64,000 nt of DNA from Bacilli bacterium (GTDB taxonomy: Bacteria > Bacillota_I > Bacilli_A > RF39 > UBA660): the NCBI GenBank assembly GCA_017433415.1, contig JAFRHI010000009.1, forward strand, positions 1,723 to 65,722, written 5' to 3'. Shown here piece after piece: positions 56,135 to 64,000 of this stretch; the first letter of the stretch is position 1, and the number at the start of each line of letters is the position of its first letter. A model generated the notes under the pieces. The model saw only the letters and a program-made list of their open reading frames with translations, ran no database searches and was not told the DNA's origin. A program made the translations under genes and the position numbers.

Positions 56135-57973
56135 ATGGTTGAATTATTTCAAAAAATAAAAAAAGAAGGTAAAGTTTCTATTGAACAAATTAATATTTCA
56201 CATGCTATACTAAGTGATTTAGTTTTAGGAGAGGTATTGGTTTGTGATGAGGATAAGATGGTATCTTTAGGAGATGATTTTTCTTTAGCTTTATATGCTA
56301 CAGAATGTTATAGAAATTCGGAAGTAGAAGTAGCTGATTATTTATTTGATTTATTACTAAAAAAAGATGATAGTAGTATTTTCTATGTGTTTCTAGATTA
56401 CTTTATTGAAAGTGATAATTTACTAAAAATCAATTTATTATTAGATAGATATTTTAATAGTTTAAAAAGTGAACCAGATTTTAATTATAAGTTGTATATT
56501 TTAAATTATATTTATGATTTAGATACTAAATATAAAGAATATGTAACAAAATTAAGTATTGATGATTTATTATTAGAAGATAATCAAGAGTTTGAAAAGA
56601 TGAATGATCTTCGAAAAGAAGTCTATCATAATGAGTATATGTTTGCTTATAAATCTAGTAGTAAAGTCCCTGCTTCAGGAGTTAGTAGTTTTTCGATTTC
56701 AACTGATTATAAATTATTATATAAGGCTAGTGTAAGACAAAAAGAATTTATTAAAGATGTAGCAACTTTGATAAAAAATGATGATTTAATAAAAGCTAAG
56801 AAATTGCTTGAAGAAAAGGATAGTAGTTTATTATCTAAACAGGAATCCAAAATTTTATATATTTTAGAAGTTTATTTTGATGTTTTAGATAGAGGAGTAA
56901 TTCCAGAAAAAATATCTGAATTTGATAAAAATGATTTAACGGAAAGTCTTTATAATAATCATTTTGAAGATTTAATTAAAGTGATATATTTAAAAAATGG
57001 TGAAAATGCTAGTAAAAATATTATCTATGTTCTTTTAGTGAAACTAATTGAACTTATTGATAGTAAAAAAGATAATTCTAGAAAAGAAACAAGTGTTTTA
57101 GAAAAGAAAATATCATTTGATTTAGCTACTATCAAAGAATATTTAGTAGCTATTAATAAAAGTGAGTATTTATTCTTATTCGAGAATTATTTACTTCTAG
57201 CAAAAAGAACTAGTGGTATAAAGAAACGTATTAAGAGAGATTTGGATAGTATTAAAAATGGTAATTATAAATTCGATTTAGATTATTATTTAACTAAATT
57301 TCAAGAAGCAATTTCTGATAATGATAATGAGAAAGCGAGAATCTATCTTAGAATAATCTATGGAGCAAAAGCAATAGGCGTTAATTATCCATTTATATCT
57401 AAACTTGTTGAGATGTTTGAGGATATGGGTACTAATAGTGTACAAGATGATAAACCTAATCGGGAAATAAAAAAAGGTCTTACTGATGAAATTTTAGATG
57501 TTATTAATACTGGAAGATGTGTTTATCTAGTTCCAGATTTAACTCTAAAAGCTACTAATAAAGTTTATAGTGAATTATTTAATCATCGCAGAGAAGTAGA
57601 ATCTTTTAGAATAAAATATCAAGGAAGAAATAGAATAGCAGTCAGAAAAGTTAGTAGAGATTATGTTGATTTTAAGGAAAAGTTTTATATAGGCAAAAAG
57701 GCTTTTGAAAAAAATAGAATAGAAGAAGCATTTGCTATTTTTAAAGAATTAATAAAATCAGGAAATCCTAATGAATTAGTATATTATTATTATGGAATGT
57801 GTTTGTATATTTTAGGACAATATGATGAAGCTCTTGATACAATGATTATTGCGAATGCTTTAGCAAATAAGTCTGGTTATAATAGAGATTTTTCAAAATA
57901 TATAATTAAAATAGAAGAAGCTATTGGGTCAGGACGAGAAAATGAAAGAAATTATACACTTATTAAGAAATAA
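56135..57973 (+). CDS. TPR-containing hypothetical protein (paralog 2)
   Basis: YYYYGMCLYILGQYDEALDTM TPR; shares domain order with the upstream gene. Confidence 0.65.
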   Translation: MVELFQKIKKEGKVSIEQINISHAILSDLVLGEVLVCDEDKMVSLGDDFSLALYATECYRNSEVEVADYLFDLLLKKDDSSIFYVFLDYFIESDNLLKINLLLDRYFNSLKSEPDFNYKLYILNYIYDLDTKYKEYVTKLSIDDLLLEDNQEFEKMNDLRKEVYHNEYMFAYKSSSKVPASGVSSFSISTDYKLLYKASVRQKEFIKDVATLIKNDDLIKAKKLLEEKDSSLLSKQESKILYILEVYFDVLDRGVIPEKISEFDKNDLTESLYNNHFEDLIKVIYLKNGENASKNIIYVLLVKLIELIDSKKDNSRKETSVLEKKISFDLATIKEYLVAINKSEYLFLFENYLLLAKRTSGIKKRIKRDLDSIKNGNYKFDLDYYLTKFQEAISDNDNEKARIYLRIIYGAKAIGVNYPFISKLVEMFEDMGTNSVQDDKPNREIKKGLTDEILDVINTGRCVYLVPDLTLKATNKVYSELFNHRREVESFRIKYQGRNRIAVRKVSRDYVDFKEKFYIGKKAFEKNRIEEAFAIFKELIKSGNPNELVYYYYGMCLYILGQYDEALDTMIIANALANKSGYNRDFSKYIIKIEEAIGSGRENERNYTLIKK

Positions 57974-58028
57974 GTAATTGTAATTTCTTTTTTTGTGTTA
58001 TATAATTTATTTAAGATAGAGGTGTTAT

Positions 58029-58829
58029 ATGAAGAGTATTAAATTTTTAGAAGAACATGGTGTAGATATTCAAAGTAGTATGAATGTTTTTGGTGATGAA
58101 GAAACTTATAATAGTACACTTGGAGAGTTTTTAGTAGGTATTCATACTAAAATTAGTCAGTTAATTAAATTGTTTGAAGCAAATGATTTATTTACTTATG
58201 AGGTTTATGTTCATTCTATGAAGAATGATGCTAAAAGTTTTGGTTTTAAAAAATTAGCTGAAATTGCTTATGAACATGAAAAGAAAAGTAAGATAGGTGA
58301 TTTGGTATATATTTCTGAGCATATTAATGAACTTATTGAAGAAACAAATAAAACTATTGTTTTAATTCAAGAATATATGAATGGCGATGATAACTTAAAG
58401 GTTAATGATATTGAAGTAGAAGCAAATGATGTTTTTGATAAAAAAACAATACTAGTTATTGATGATTCTAATATTGTTAGAAACTTTGTTAAGAGGATAT
58501 TTAGCGATAAATATACTGTTGGTGTTGCTAAAGACGGAGAAGAGGCAATTGCTGTTTTAAATGCTAATAAAGATAATGAGTTGATTGAGGCAATACTACT
58601 TGATTTAAAAATGCCTAAAGTAGATGGCTTTGGAGTACTTGAATATATGAGACAAAATGATTTGCTTAAAAAAATGCCAGTATCAATCATATCTGGTGAC
58701 TCTTCAAAAGAAACTATCGATAGAGCTTTTACATATGAAATTGTTGATATGTTAGAGAAACCATTTAATGATCAAACTATAAAAATGATAGTTGAAAAGA
58801 CTATAATGTATAAAAATATGAATAAATAA
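58029..58829 (+). CDS. Hpt-receiver domain signalling protein
   Basis: VHSMK..A...G Hpt motif; IDDS, LLDLKMP.VDG and KPF receiver motifs. Confidence 0.85.
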   Translation: MKSIKFLEEHGVDIQSSMNVFGDEETYNSTLGEFLVGIHTKISQLIKLFEANDLFTYEVYVHSMKNDAKSFGFKKLAEIAYEHEKKSKIGDLVYISEHINELIEETNKTIVLIQEYMNGDDNLKVNDIEVEANDVFDKKTILVIDDSNIVRNFVKRIFSDKYTVGVAKDGEEAIAVLNANKDNELIEAILLDLKMPKVDGFGVLEYMRQNDLLKKMPVSIISGDSSKETIDRAFTYEIVDMLEKPFNDQTIKMIVEKTIMYKNMNK

Positions 58830-58848
58830 TAAGAATCCTTAAGGATTC

Positions 58849-59169
58849 TTATTTTTTTATTTTTAAAATATCATTTATTCTAAAATTTTCAGCTGTTTTT
58901 AAAGGTAAAAAATATGTATTTTTGGCTTTTATATTTATAATATATTTTTCACTGGCAACATCTTCATAAATAGCTATTATACGATTAAGTTCATCAGTAA
59001 TTATAATATCTATTCTTTGACAATGAAAGTTTGTTGTAATAAATTTTTTGTTTTTAAAAAGGAGTCCATAATCAATAGTTTTTAAATTAAATTTTAAGCC
59101 TTTAAATTTATCCCAAAAAGAAGTTAACTCTTTTATTTCTATTTTTTTCTTGTTTACAAGTATATACAT
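58849..59169 (-). CDS. DUF192-like small protein
   Basis: SFWDKFKGL, GLLF, IDII motifs; GGTGAT RBS. Confidence 0.55.
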   Translation of the reverse strand: MYILVNKKKIEIKELTSFWDKFKGLKFNLKTIDYGLLFKNKKFITTNFHCQRIDIIITDELNRIIAIYEDVASEKYIINIKAKNTYFLPLKTAENFRINDILKIKK

Positions 59170-59284
59170 ACTATCACCAAATCTATTATAACTTATTATA
59201 AATTTAATTTAAAGTATAATATGTTATTGGACAAATTCATTATTTATGATATTATAATTACGTAGAAAAGCGAGGAGGAATAGA

Positions 59285-60007
59285 ATGAGTGGACATTCAA
59301 AATGGGCAACAATCCATAGAAAAAAAGGATTGTTAGATCAACAAAGAGGTAAAATATTTCAAAAATTAGCTAAAGAAATTATGGTGGCAGCAAAAGGTGG
59401 TAGTCCAGATCCTAATCAAAATGCAGCTTTGAGATTGGCAGTTGATAAAGCAAAAGCACAGAACATGCCAAAAGATAATATTCAGAAAGCAATTGAAAAG
59501 GCAACTGGAGGAGCAGATGGCGCTAATTATGAAAGTGTGCGCTATGAAGGATATGGTCATGGTGGGGTTGCTTTTATGGTCGATTGTTTAACTGATAATA
59601 GAAACAGAACAGCTTCACAGGTGAGAAGTTCTTTTACAAAGGCAGGAGGGAATCTTGGTACTGATGGATCAGTTAGTTACATGTTTGAACGCCGTGGTTC
59701 TATTGTAATTCCTGCCGAATATGATGAAGAGGAAATGATGATGACTTCACTTGATGCTGGTGCACTTGATTTTGAAAAAGTTGAAGATAATTATATTATT
59801 TCAACTGATCAAAGTTCATTCACAAGTGTTAGAGATGCTTTAGAAACTGCCGGTGTTAAGGAGTTTTTAGAATGTAATTTGACTTATGTACCAAATATGG
59901 AAGTTGAACTAGACAGTGAAGGACAAGAGAAAGTAATGAAACTTGTTGATGCTTTAGAAGATTTAGATGATGTACAAGATGTTTATTATAATTTAAAAGA
60001 AGATTAA
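59285..60007 (+). CDS. yebC: YebC/PmpR family protein
   Basis: MSGHSKW, YEGYG, TDNRNRT and DDVQDVY motifs. Confidence 0.96.
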   Translation: MSGHSKWATIHRKKGLLDQQRGKIFQKLAKEIMVAAKGGSPDPNQNAALRLAVDKAKAQNMPKDNIQKAIEKATGGADGANYESVRYEGYGHGGVAFMVDCLTDNRNRTASQVRSSFTKAGGNLGTDGSVSYMFERRGSIVIPAEYDEEEMMMTSLDAGALDFEKVEDNYIISTDQSSFTSVRDALETAGVKEFLECNLTYVPNMEVELDSEGQEKVMKLVDALEDLDDVQDVYYNLKED

Positions 60008-60016
60008 GGGGAAAAT

Positions 60017-60565
60017 ATGATTGATGAAGCTAAGTTAAATAAAATTAATAATGAATTAAAAGTATATATGAATGAATCTGGTTTTATTTCAAATAAATGT
60101 CGAAATAAAGTTATTAAAATACTTTCTGAAGAATTTAACATTAATTTTAAGATTGATAATTATGCTAATGTAGATGTAAGTGTACAATCAGATGGAAAGT
60201 TTTTATATCGTGGTGATTTATATCAGTCTGCTGATAATATTTCTAGTTATGATGAATTTATAGAACGTTATAAACGTTTTACAGAGCGAGCTGATAAATT
60301 GCTTTCTAAGAGAGAAATTGATTTTGAAAATTTGAGTAATTTTAAAAATATATCTAATTTAATTGTTGTTTTATGTCTTTTATTATTTGCGGTAGCAGTA
60401 GTTATATTAGGAATTCATGCTTTCTTAGTTGGTAATTATTTTGATTGCCTATGGTTAGTAGTATTTATTATACCAGCAGTATTTCCAAGACTTAAGAGTA
60501 GTTTAGAAGTTAGAATAACGCAAGCAAAGAATTATTTGAAGAGATTAATGAAGAAAGTTAAATAA
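60017..60565 (+). CDS. Hypothetical membrane protein
   Basis: Two C-terminal TM helices. Confidence 0.7.
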   Translation: MIDEAKLNKINNELKVYMNESGFISNKCRNKVIKILSEEFNINFKIDNYANVDVSVQSDGKFLYRGDLYQSADNISSYDEFIERYKRFTERADKLLSKREIDFENLSNFKNISNLIVVLCLLLFAVAVVILGIHAFLVGNYFDCLWLVVFIIPAVFPRLKSSLEVRITQAKNYLKRLMKKVK

Positions 60566-60652
60566 CTTTCTTTTTTTGTCAATTGACATTTTTTTTAAGC
60601 AAATTAATTGTATTTAAATAATAGTTTTATATAATTAATTTGAGGTGAAAAA

Positions 60653-61378
60653 ATGGAAACGAAAGAAAAGAAAAAAGGTAATGGTGGTTTGGTTTTCTTA
60701 GTAATTTTATTATTATTAATTTGTTGTGGGCTAGGAGGATTTATCTTTGTCAATAAAGATAAGATATTTAGTGACGGAGAAGTTGTTACAACAAAGACTA
60801 GTAGTGAGAAGAGCGAAGTTAATGATAAAACTGTTATGAATACTGTAGAATATGGTTTGAAAGATTGTTTGAATGGTGATGAAAATGTAGTATATCGTCC
60901 TAATTCAAGTTTTTCAGCAATAAATTTATCTGTTAGTGTTCAAGAAGATTTAAAGACAGCTATTGTTGAATATGATGGTATCAAACTATGCGGAATATAT
61001 GGTGGAGAATGTGGTGGTACTTCTGATGGTACTCGTTCAAGAGTAACAAAGAATTTTGATAAAAAAATCACACAAGTTTTAGTTACTGGTTATGGACAAG
61101 CAGTAGGTCATGAAGTTATTTTATATTTAATGGAAGATGGAACTGTTCAATATACTCCATTATATAAAGATGTAAAATATCCTCCACAAGATGAAAATCA
61201 AAGATTTAATTCTTATGGTACACTTGAAGGTGTAGAAGATGTAGTTAGTCTTATGGAGGTTGCTTCTGGTGTCAAAGAAGGTGCCGGTTGGGGTATGAAT
61301 ATCATTGCTAAAAGAAGTGATGGAAATTATTATGATTTATCTAAAGTTTTACAAGCAACTGGTAATTTTGAAGCGTAA
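60653..61378 (+). CDS. Membrane-anchored hypothetical protein
   Basis: N-terminal TM; LMEDGTV beta-rich domain. Confidence 0.7.
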   Translation: METKEKKKGNGGLVFLVILLLLICCGLGGFIFVNKDKIFSDGEVVTTKTSSEKSEVNDKTVMNTVEYGLKDCLNGDENVVYRPNSSFSAINLSVSVQEDLKTAIVEYDGIKLCGIYGGECGGTSDGTRSRVTKNFDKKITQVLVTGYGQAVGHEVILYLMEDGTVQYTPLYKDVKYPPQDENQRFNSYGTLEGVEDVVSLMEVASGVKEGAGWGMNIIAKRSDGNYYDLSKVLQATGNFEA

Positions 61379-61450
61379 TTACAATCGTAATTACGTTTTT
61401 TTTTGTATATTTTTAATTGTATATATAGTACAATTAAAAAGGTGGTATTT

Positions 61451-63166
61451 ATGGTAAAGAATGTTAAAACACCTTGGTATAAATATTATGATGGTGTAAA
61501 AGAACATATTGATTATCCAGATGTTTCTATTTATGAATTGCTGGAGAGAGAAGCTAATAAACATCTTAATAATATTAGTTATAGTTATTTTGGTAGAAAA
61601 AGAACATATAAAAACTTTTTGAAAGAAATTGATGATTGTGCAAAAGCATTTCGACAATTAGGTGTAAAAAAAGAAGAATGTGTAAGTATTTGTATGCCAA
61701 ATACTCCTGAAGCTATTATTGCTTTTTATGCTTTGAACAAAATAGGGGCAATTGCTAATATGATACATCCTCTTTCATCTGAAAAGGAAATTAAGTATTA
61801 TATTGATCTTTCAGAGAGTAAATATATTGTTACAATAGATTTAGCTTTTAATAAGATTAATCATGTGGCAAAAGAAACAGGTTTGAAAAAAGCAATTGTT
61901 GTTTCTGTAAAAGATTCTATGCCTTTGAGTTTATCTATTGGTTATCAATTAAGTCAAGGTAGGAAAGTTCAAATAGAAAAATCTGATTTGATTATAAAGT
62001 GGAAAAACTTTATCAAAAATGGTAAAAATTATACTGGCAAAATTAACTCTCATAACGCTGGGTTTGAAGCTGCTGCTATTTTATATAGCGGTGGTACTAC
62101 TGGTTATCCAAAAGGCATTGAATTAACTAATTTAAATTTTAATGCTTTGGCAATGCAAAGTTTTGAAGCTTGTGCCACTTTGAATGAGAAGGATACAGTT
62201 TTAGCTATTATGCCAGTTTTTCATGGCTTTGGATTAGGAATTTGTATTCATACTGTTCAATATTTTGGTGGAACAAGTATTCTACTTCCAAAATTTGATG
62301 CTAAAACGTTTGATAAACTGATATTAAAAAACAAACCTAATATTATTGCTGGAGTTCCTACTTTATATGAAGCACTTTTAAAGAATAAAGGATTAGAGGG
62401 AAAAGATTTATCTTTTTTGAAATGTGTTATTTCAGGAGGAGATTCTTTATCAGTAAGTTTGAAGAAAAAAATTGATAAATTTTTAAAAGCTCATGGAGCT
62501 AATGTACAAATTAGAGAAGGGTATGGTTTGACTGAGTGTGTTACGGGTAGTTGTTTAACACCTGTTGATTATTATCGTGAAGGAAGCATTGGGATACCAT
62601 ATCCAGATACTTATTATAAAATTGTTAAACCAAATACTATTAAAGAACTTCCTTATGGAAAAGAAGGAGAGATTGTTATTAGTGGTCCTTCTGTTATGAA
62701 AGGATATTTAAAGGATAGAGAAGAAACAAAGAAGATATTAAAAAAACATAAAGATGGTTTAATTTGGATGCATACGGGTGATATTGGTTTTATGGATCCG
62801 GATGGATTTGTTTATTTTAAGCAACGCTTAAAAAGAGTGATTGTGAGTAGTGGTTATTGTATATATCCACAATATATAGAAAATGTTATAGATTCACATC
62901 CAGATGTATTAATGAGTTGTGTTATTGGTGTTCCTCATAAGTATAAAAAAGAAGTTGCCAAAGCATTTATTGTTTTGAAGGATAAAAGTGCAGAAAGTGA
63001 AGAAATAAAAAAATCTATTAAAAGGTTATGTGAAGAAGAATTAGCAAAATATTCTTGGCCATATGAATATGAATTTCGTGATGAGCTACCTAAAACATTA
63101 GTTGGTAAAGTAGCATATAATGAATTGGTTAAAGAAGAACTAAAAAAGCAAAAAGATACTAAGTGA
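61451..63166 (+). CDS. Long-chain acyl-CoA ligase (AMP-binding family)
   Basis: YSGGTTGYPKG, EGYGLTE, HTGD and LPKT.VGK motifs. Confidence 0.93.
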   Translation: MVKNVKTPWYKYYDGVKEHIDYPDVSIYELLEREANKHLNNISYSYFGRKRTYKNFLKEIDDCAKAFRQLGVKKEECVSICMPNTPEAIIAFYALNKIGAIANMIHPLSSEKEIKYYIDLSESKYIVTIDLAFNKINHVAKETGLKKAIVVSVKDSMPLSLSIGYQLSQGRKVQIEKSDLIIKWKNFIKNGKNYTGKINSHNAGFEAAAILYSGGTTGYPKGIELTNLNFNALAMQSFEACATLNEKDTVLAIMPVFHGFGLGICIHTVQYFGGTSILLPKFDAKTFDKLILKNKPNIIAGVPTLYEALLKNKGLEGKDLSFLKCVISGGDSLSVSLKKKIDKFLKAHGANVQIREGYGLTECVTGSCLTPVDYYREGSIGIPYPDTYYKIVKPNTIKELPYGKEGEIVISGPSVMKGYLKDREETKKILKKHKDGLIWMHTGDIGFMDPDGFVYFKQRLKRVIVSSGYCIYPQYIENVIDSHPDVLMSCVIGVPHKYKKEVAKAFIVLKDKSAESEEIKKSIKRLCEEELAKYSWPYEYEFRDELPKTLVGKVAYNELVKEELKKQKDTK

Positions 63167-63234
63167 ATTAGTATCTTTTTTGACTTTTTGGTAAAAAAAT
63201 GATATAATATGCCGTGTTTAAGGGGATGGTTGTT

Positions 63235-64000
63235 ATGAAGAGCAAACGAGTGGTAGATATGCCTTCTAGAACTAATAATGAATACTATTATAAAGATGGT
63301 GTTTATCTGTCATTAAAAGAGGATATCTTATATTTTTATGCTGACAGTTTTCAATGCTTTGATGAATCTATTATTGATTATATTAATTCTTTGAGTAATC
63401 AAGTAAATATAGTTGTTTTTAGAGGTAAAGCTGAACAAAATGAAACTGCAAGTTTTAATATGTTTTGTGATCTTTTAACAAGATATTCATGTAATAAAAG
63501 AATAGTGGTAGATGTTGGTGAAAATGCGTTAACTTTTGGCCAGGGAGCAGATTTATATTTTGAAGATTTACCTGAGTATGTTAAATTATCTAATGTTTAT
63601 GATTTTATTGGATCAAATATTTATATTGGTAAAAACTCGTTTGATTGGTGGTGTTTAAATTTAAGTGAAGAGAGATTTAATAAATTACTTACAAAAGTGA
63701 CACCATTAACAAGAGATAGGATGCTTAAGTTAGATTATTTGGCCAAAGAGGCAAAAAGATTATTCTATAGTCAAACTCTTCATTTGGATTCAAAAGATAA
63801 AATGGATTATGTTTTTGCTTGGTTTAGAAAAAACATCGGTTTAGATAAAAAAGCTATTAAGCCTGGTGGTGGAATAAAATCGGGACATTCTTATTCACAG
63901 GATCAATATCAAACTTATAAACGAAAGTTGGGTGTTTGCGCAGGAAGGGCAAGACTTTTAAAAACAATGTTAAATAACCGTTATATGAAAGTACCTTGTT
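63235..64000 (+). CDS. Transglutaminase-like protein (runs off the window end)
   Basis: Open frame from ATG 63235 (not in the ORF track); ...WFRKNI...GVCAGRARLL..ML catalytic Cys motif. Confidence 0.65.
   Translation, partial: MKSKRVVDMPSRTNNEYYYKDGVYLSLKEDILYFYADSFQCFDESIIDYINSLSNQVNIVVFRGKAEQNETASFNMFCDLLTRYSCNKRIVVDVGENALTFGQGADLYFEDLPEYVKLSNVYDFIGSNIYIGKNSFDWWCLNLSEERFNKLLTKVTPLTRDRMLKLDYLAKEAKRLFYSQTLHLDSKDKMDYVFAWFRKNIGLDKKAIKPGGGIKSGHSYSQDQYQTYKRKLGVCAGRARLLKTMLNNRYMKVPC

Noticed and set aside
167-61657. Short ORFs antisense to or nested in long genes (e.g. 167-361, 977-1216, 8707-8946, 19199-19498, 43926-44207, 58367-58690)
   Set aside because: Shadow frames of well-supported genes, with no RBS or recognisable motifs
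1-64000. CRISPR array, tRNA/rRNA genes, reverse transcriptase (retron/DGR)
   Set aside because: No regularly spaced repeats, cloverleafs or RT motifs seen by eye

Overview
Very AT-rich Bacillota chromosome segment. Gene content and the many lineage-specific ORFans suggest a reduced gut Bacilli lineage such as RF39, but this is an inference. Positions 1 to ~19,338 are the right-hand part of an integrative conjugative element (ICE), all on the + strand. It carries VirB2/VirB6/VirB3/VirB4-like genes, an M23 hydrolase, a candidate oriT, RHH accessory proteins, a MobL/MobP2-type relaxase, a YubB/DUF1281-like protein, an NPxTG adhesin with a class B sortase, an orphan DNA methyltransferase, VirD4 and a large serine recombinase. 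The ICE is inserted at the SxN catalytic motif of a SpoVD-like penicillin-binding protein, and the recombinase ORF runs through the junction. The rest is host chromosome (mraY, ftsW/spoVE, yceD-rpmF, addBA, pyrH, rplU-prp-rpmA, obgE, yebC, acyl-CoA ligase) interspersed with ORFans carrying HEPN-like, RelE-like, HExxH, TPR and transglutaminase-like motifs. Top observations: (1) ribosomal protein L32 has an N-terminal extension almost identical to the Prp-cleaved extension of L27; (2) a conjugative element splits spoVD, like a skin element; (3) two promoter-driven structured small RNAs in the ICE share a terminator-loop motif. All family assignments are by eye from motifs; no searches were run.
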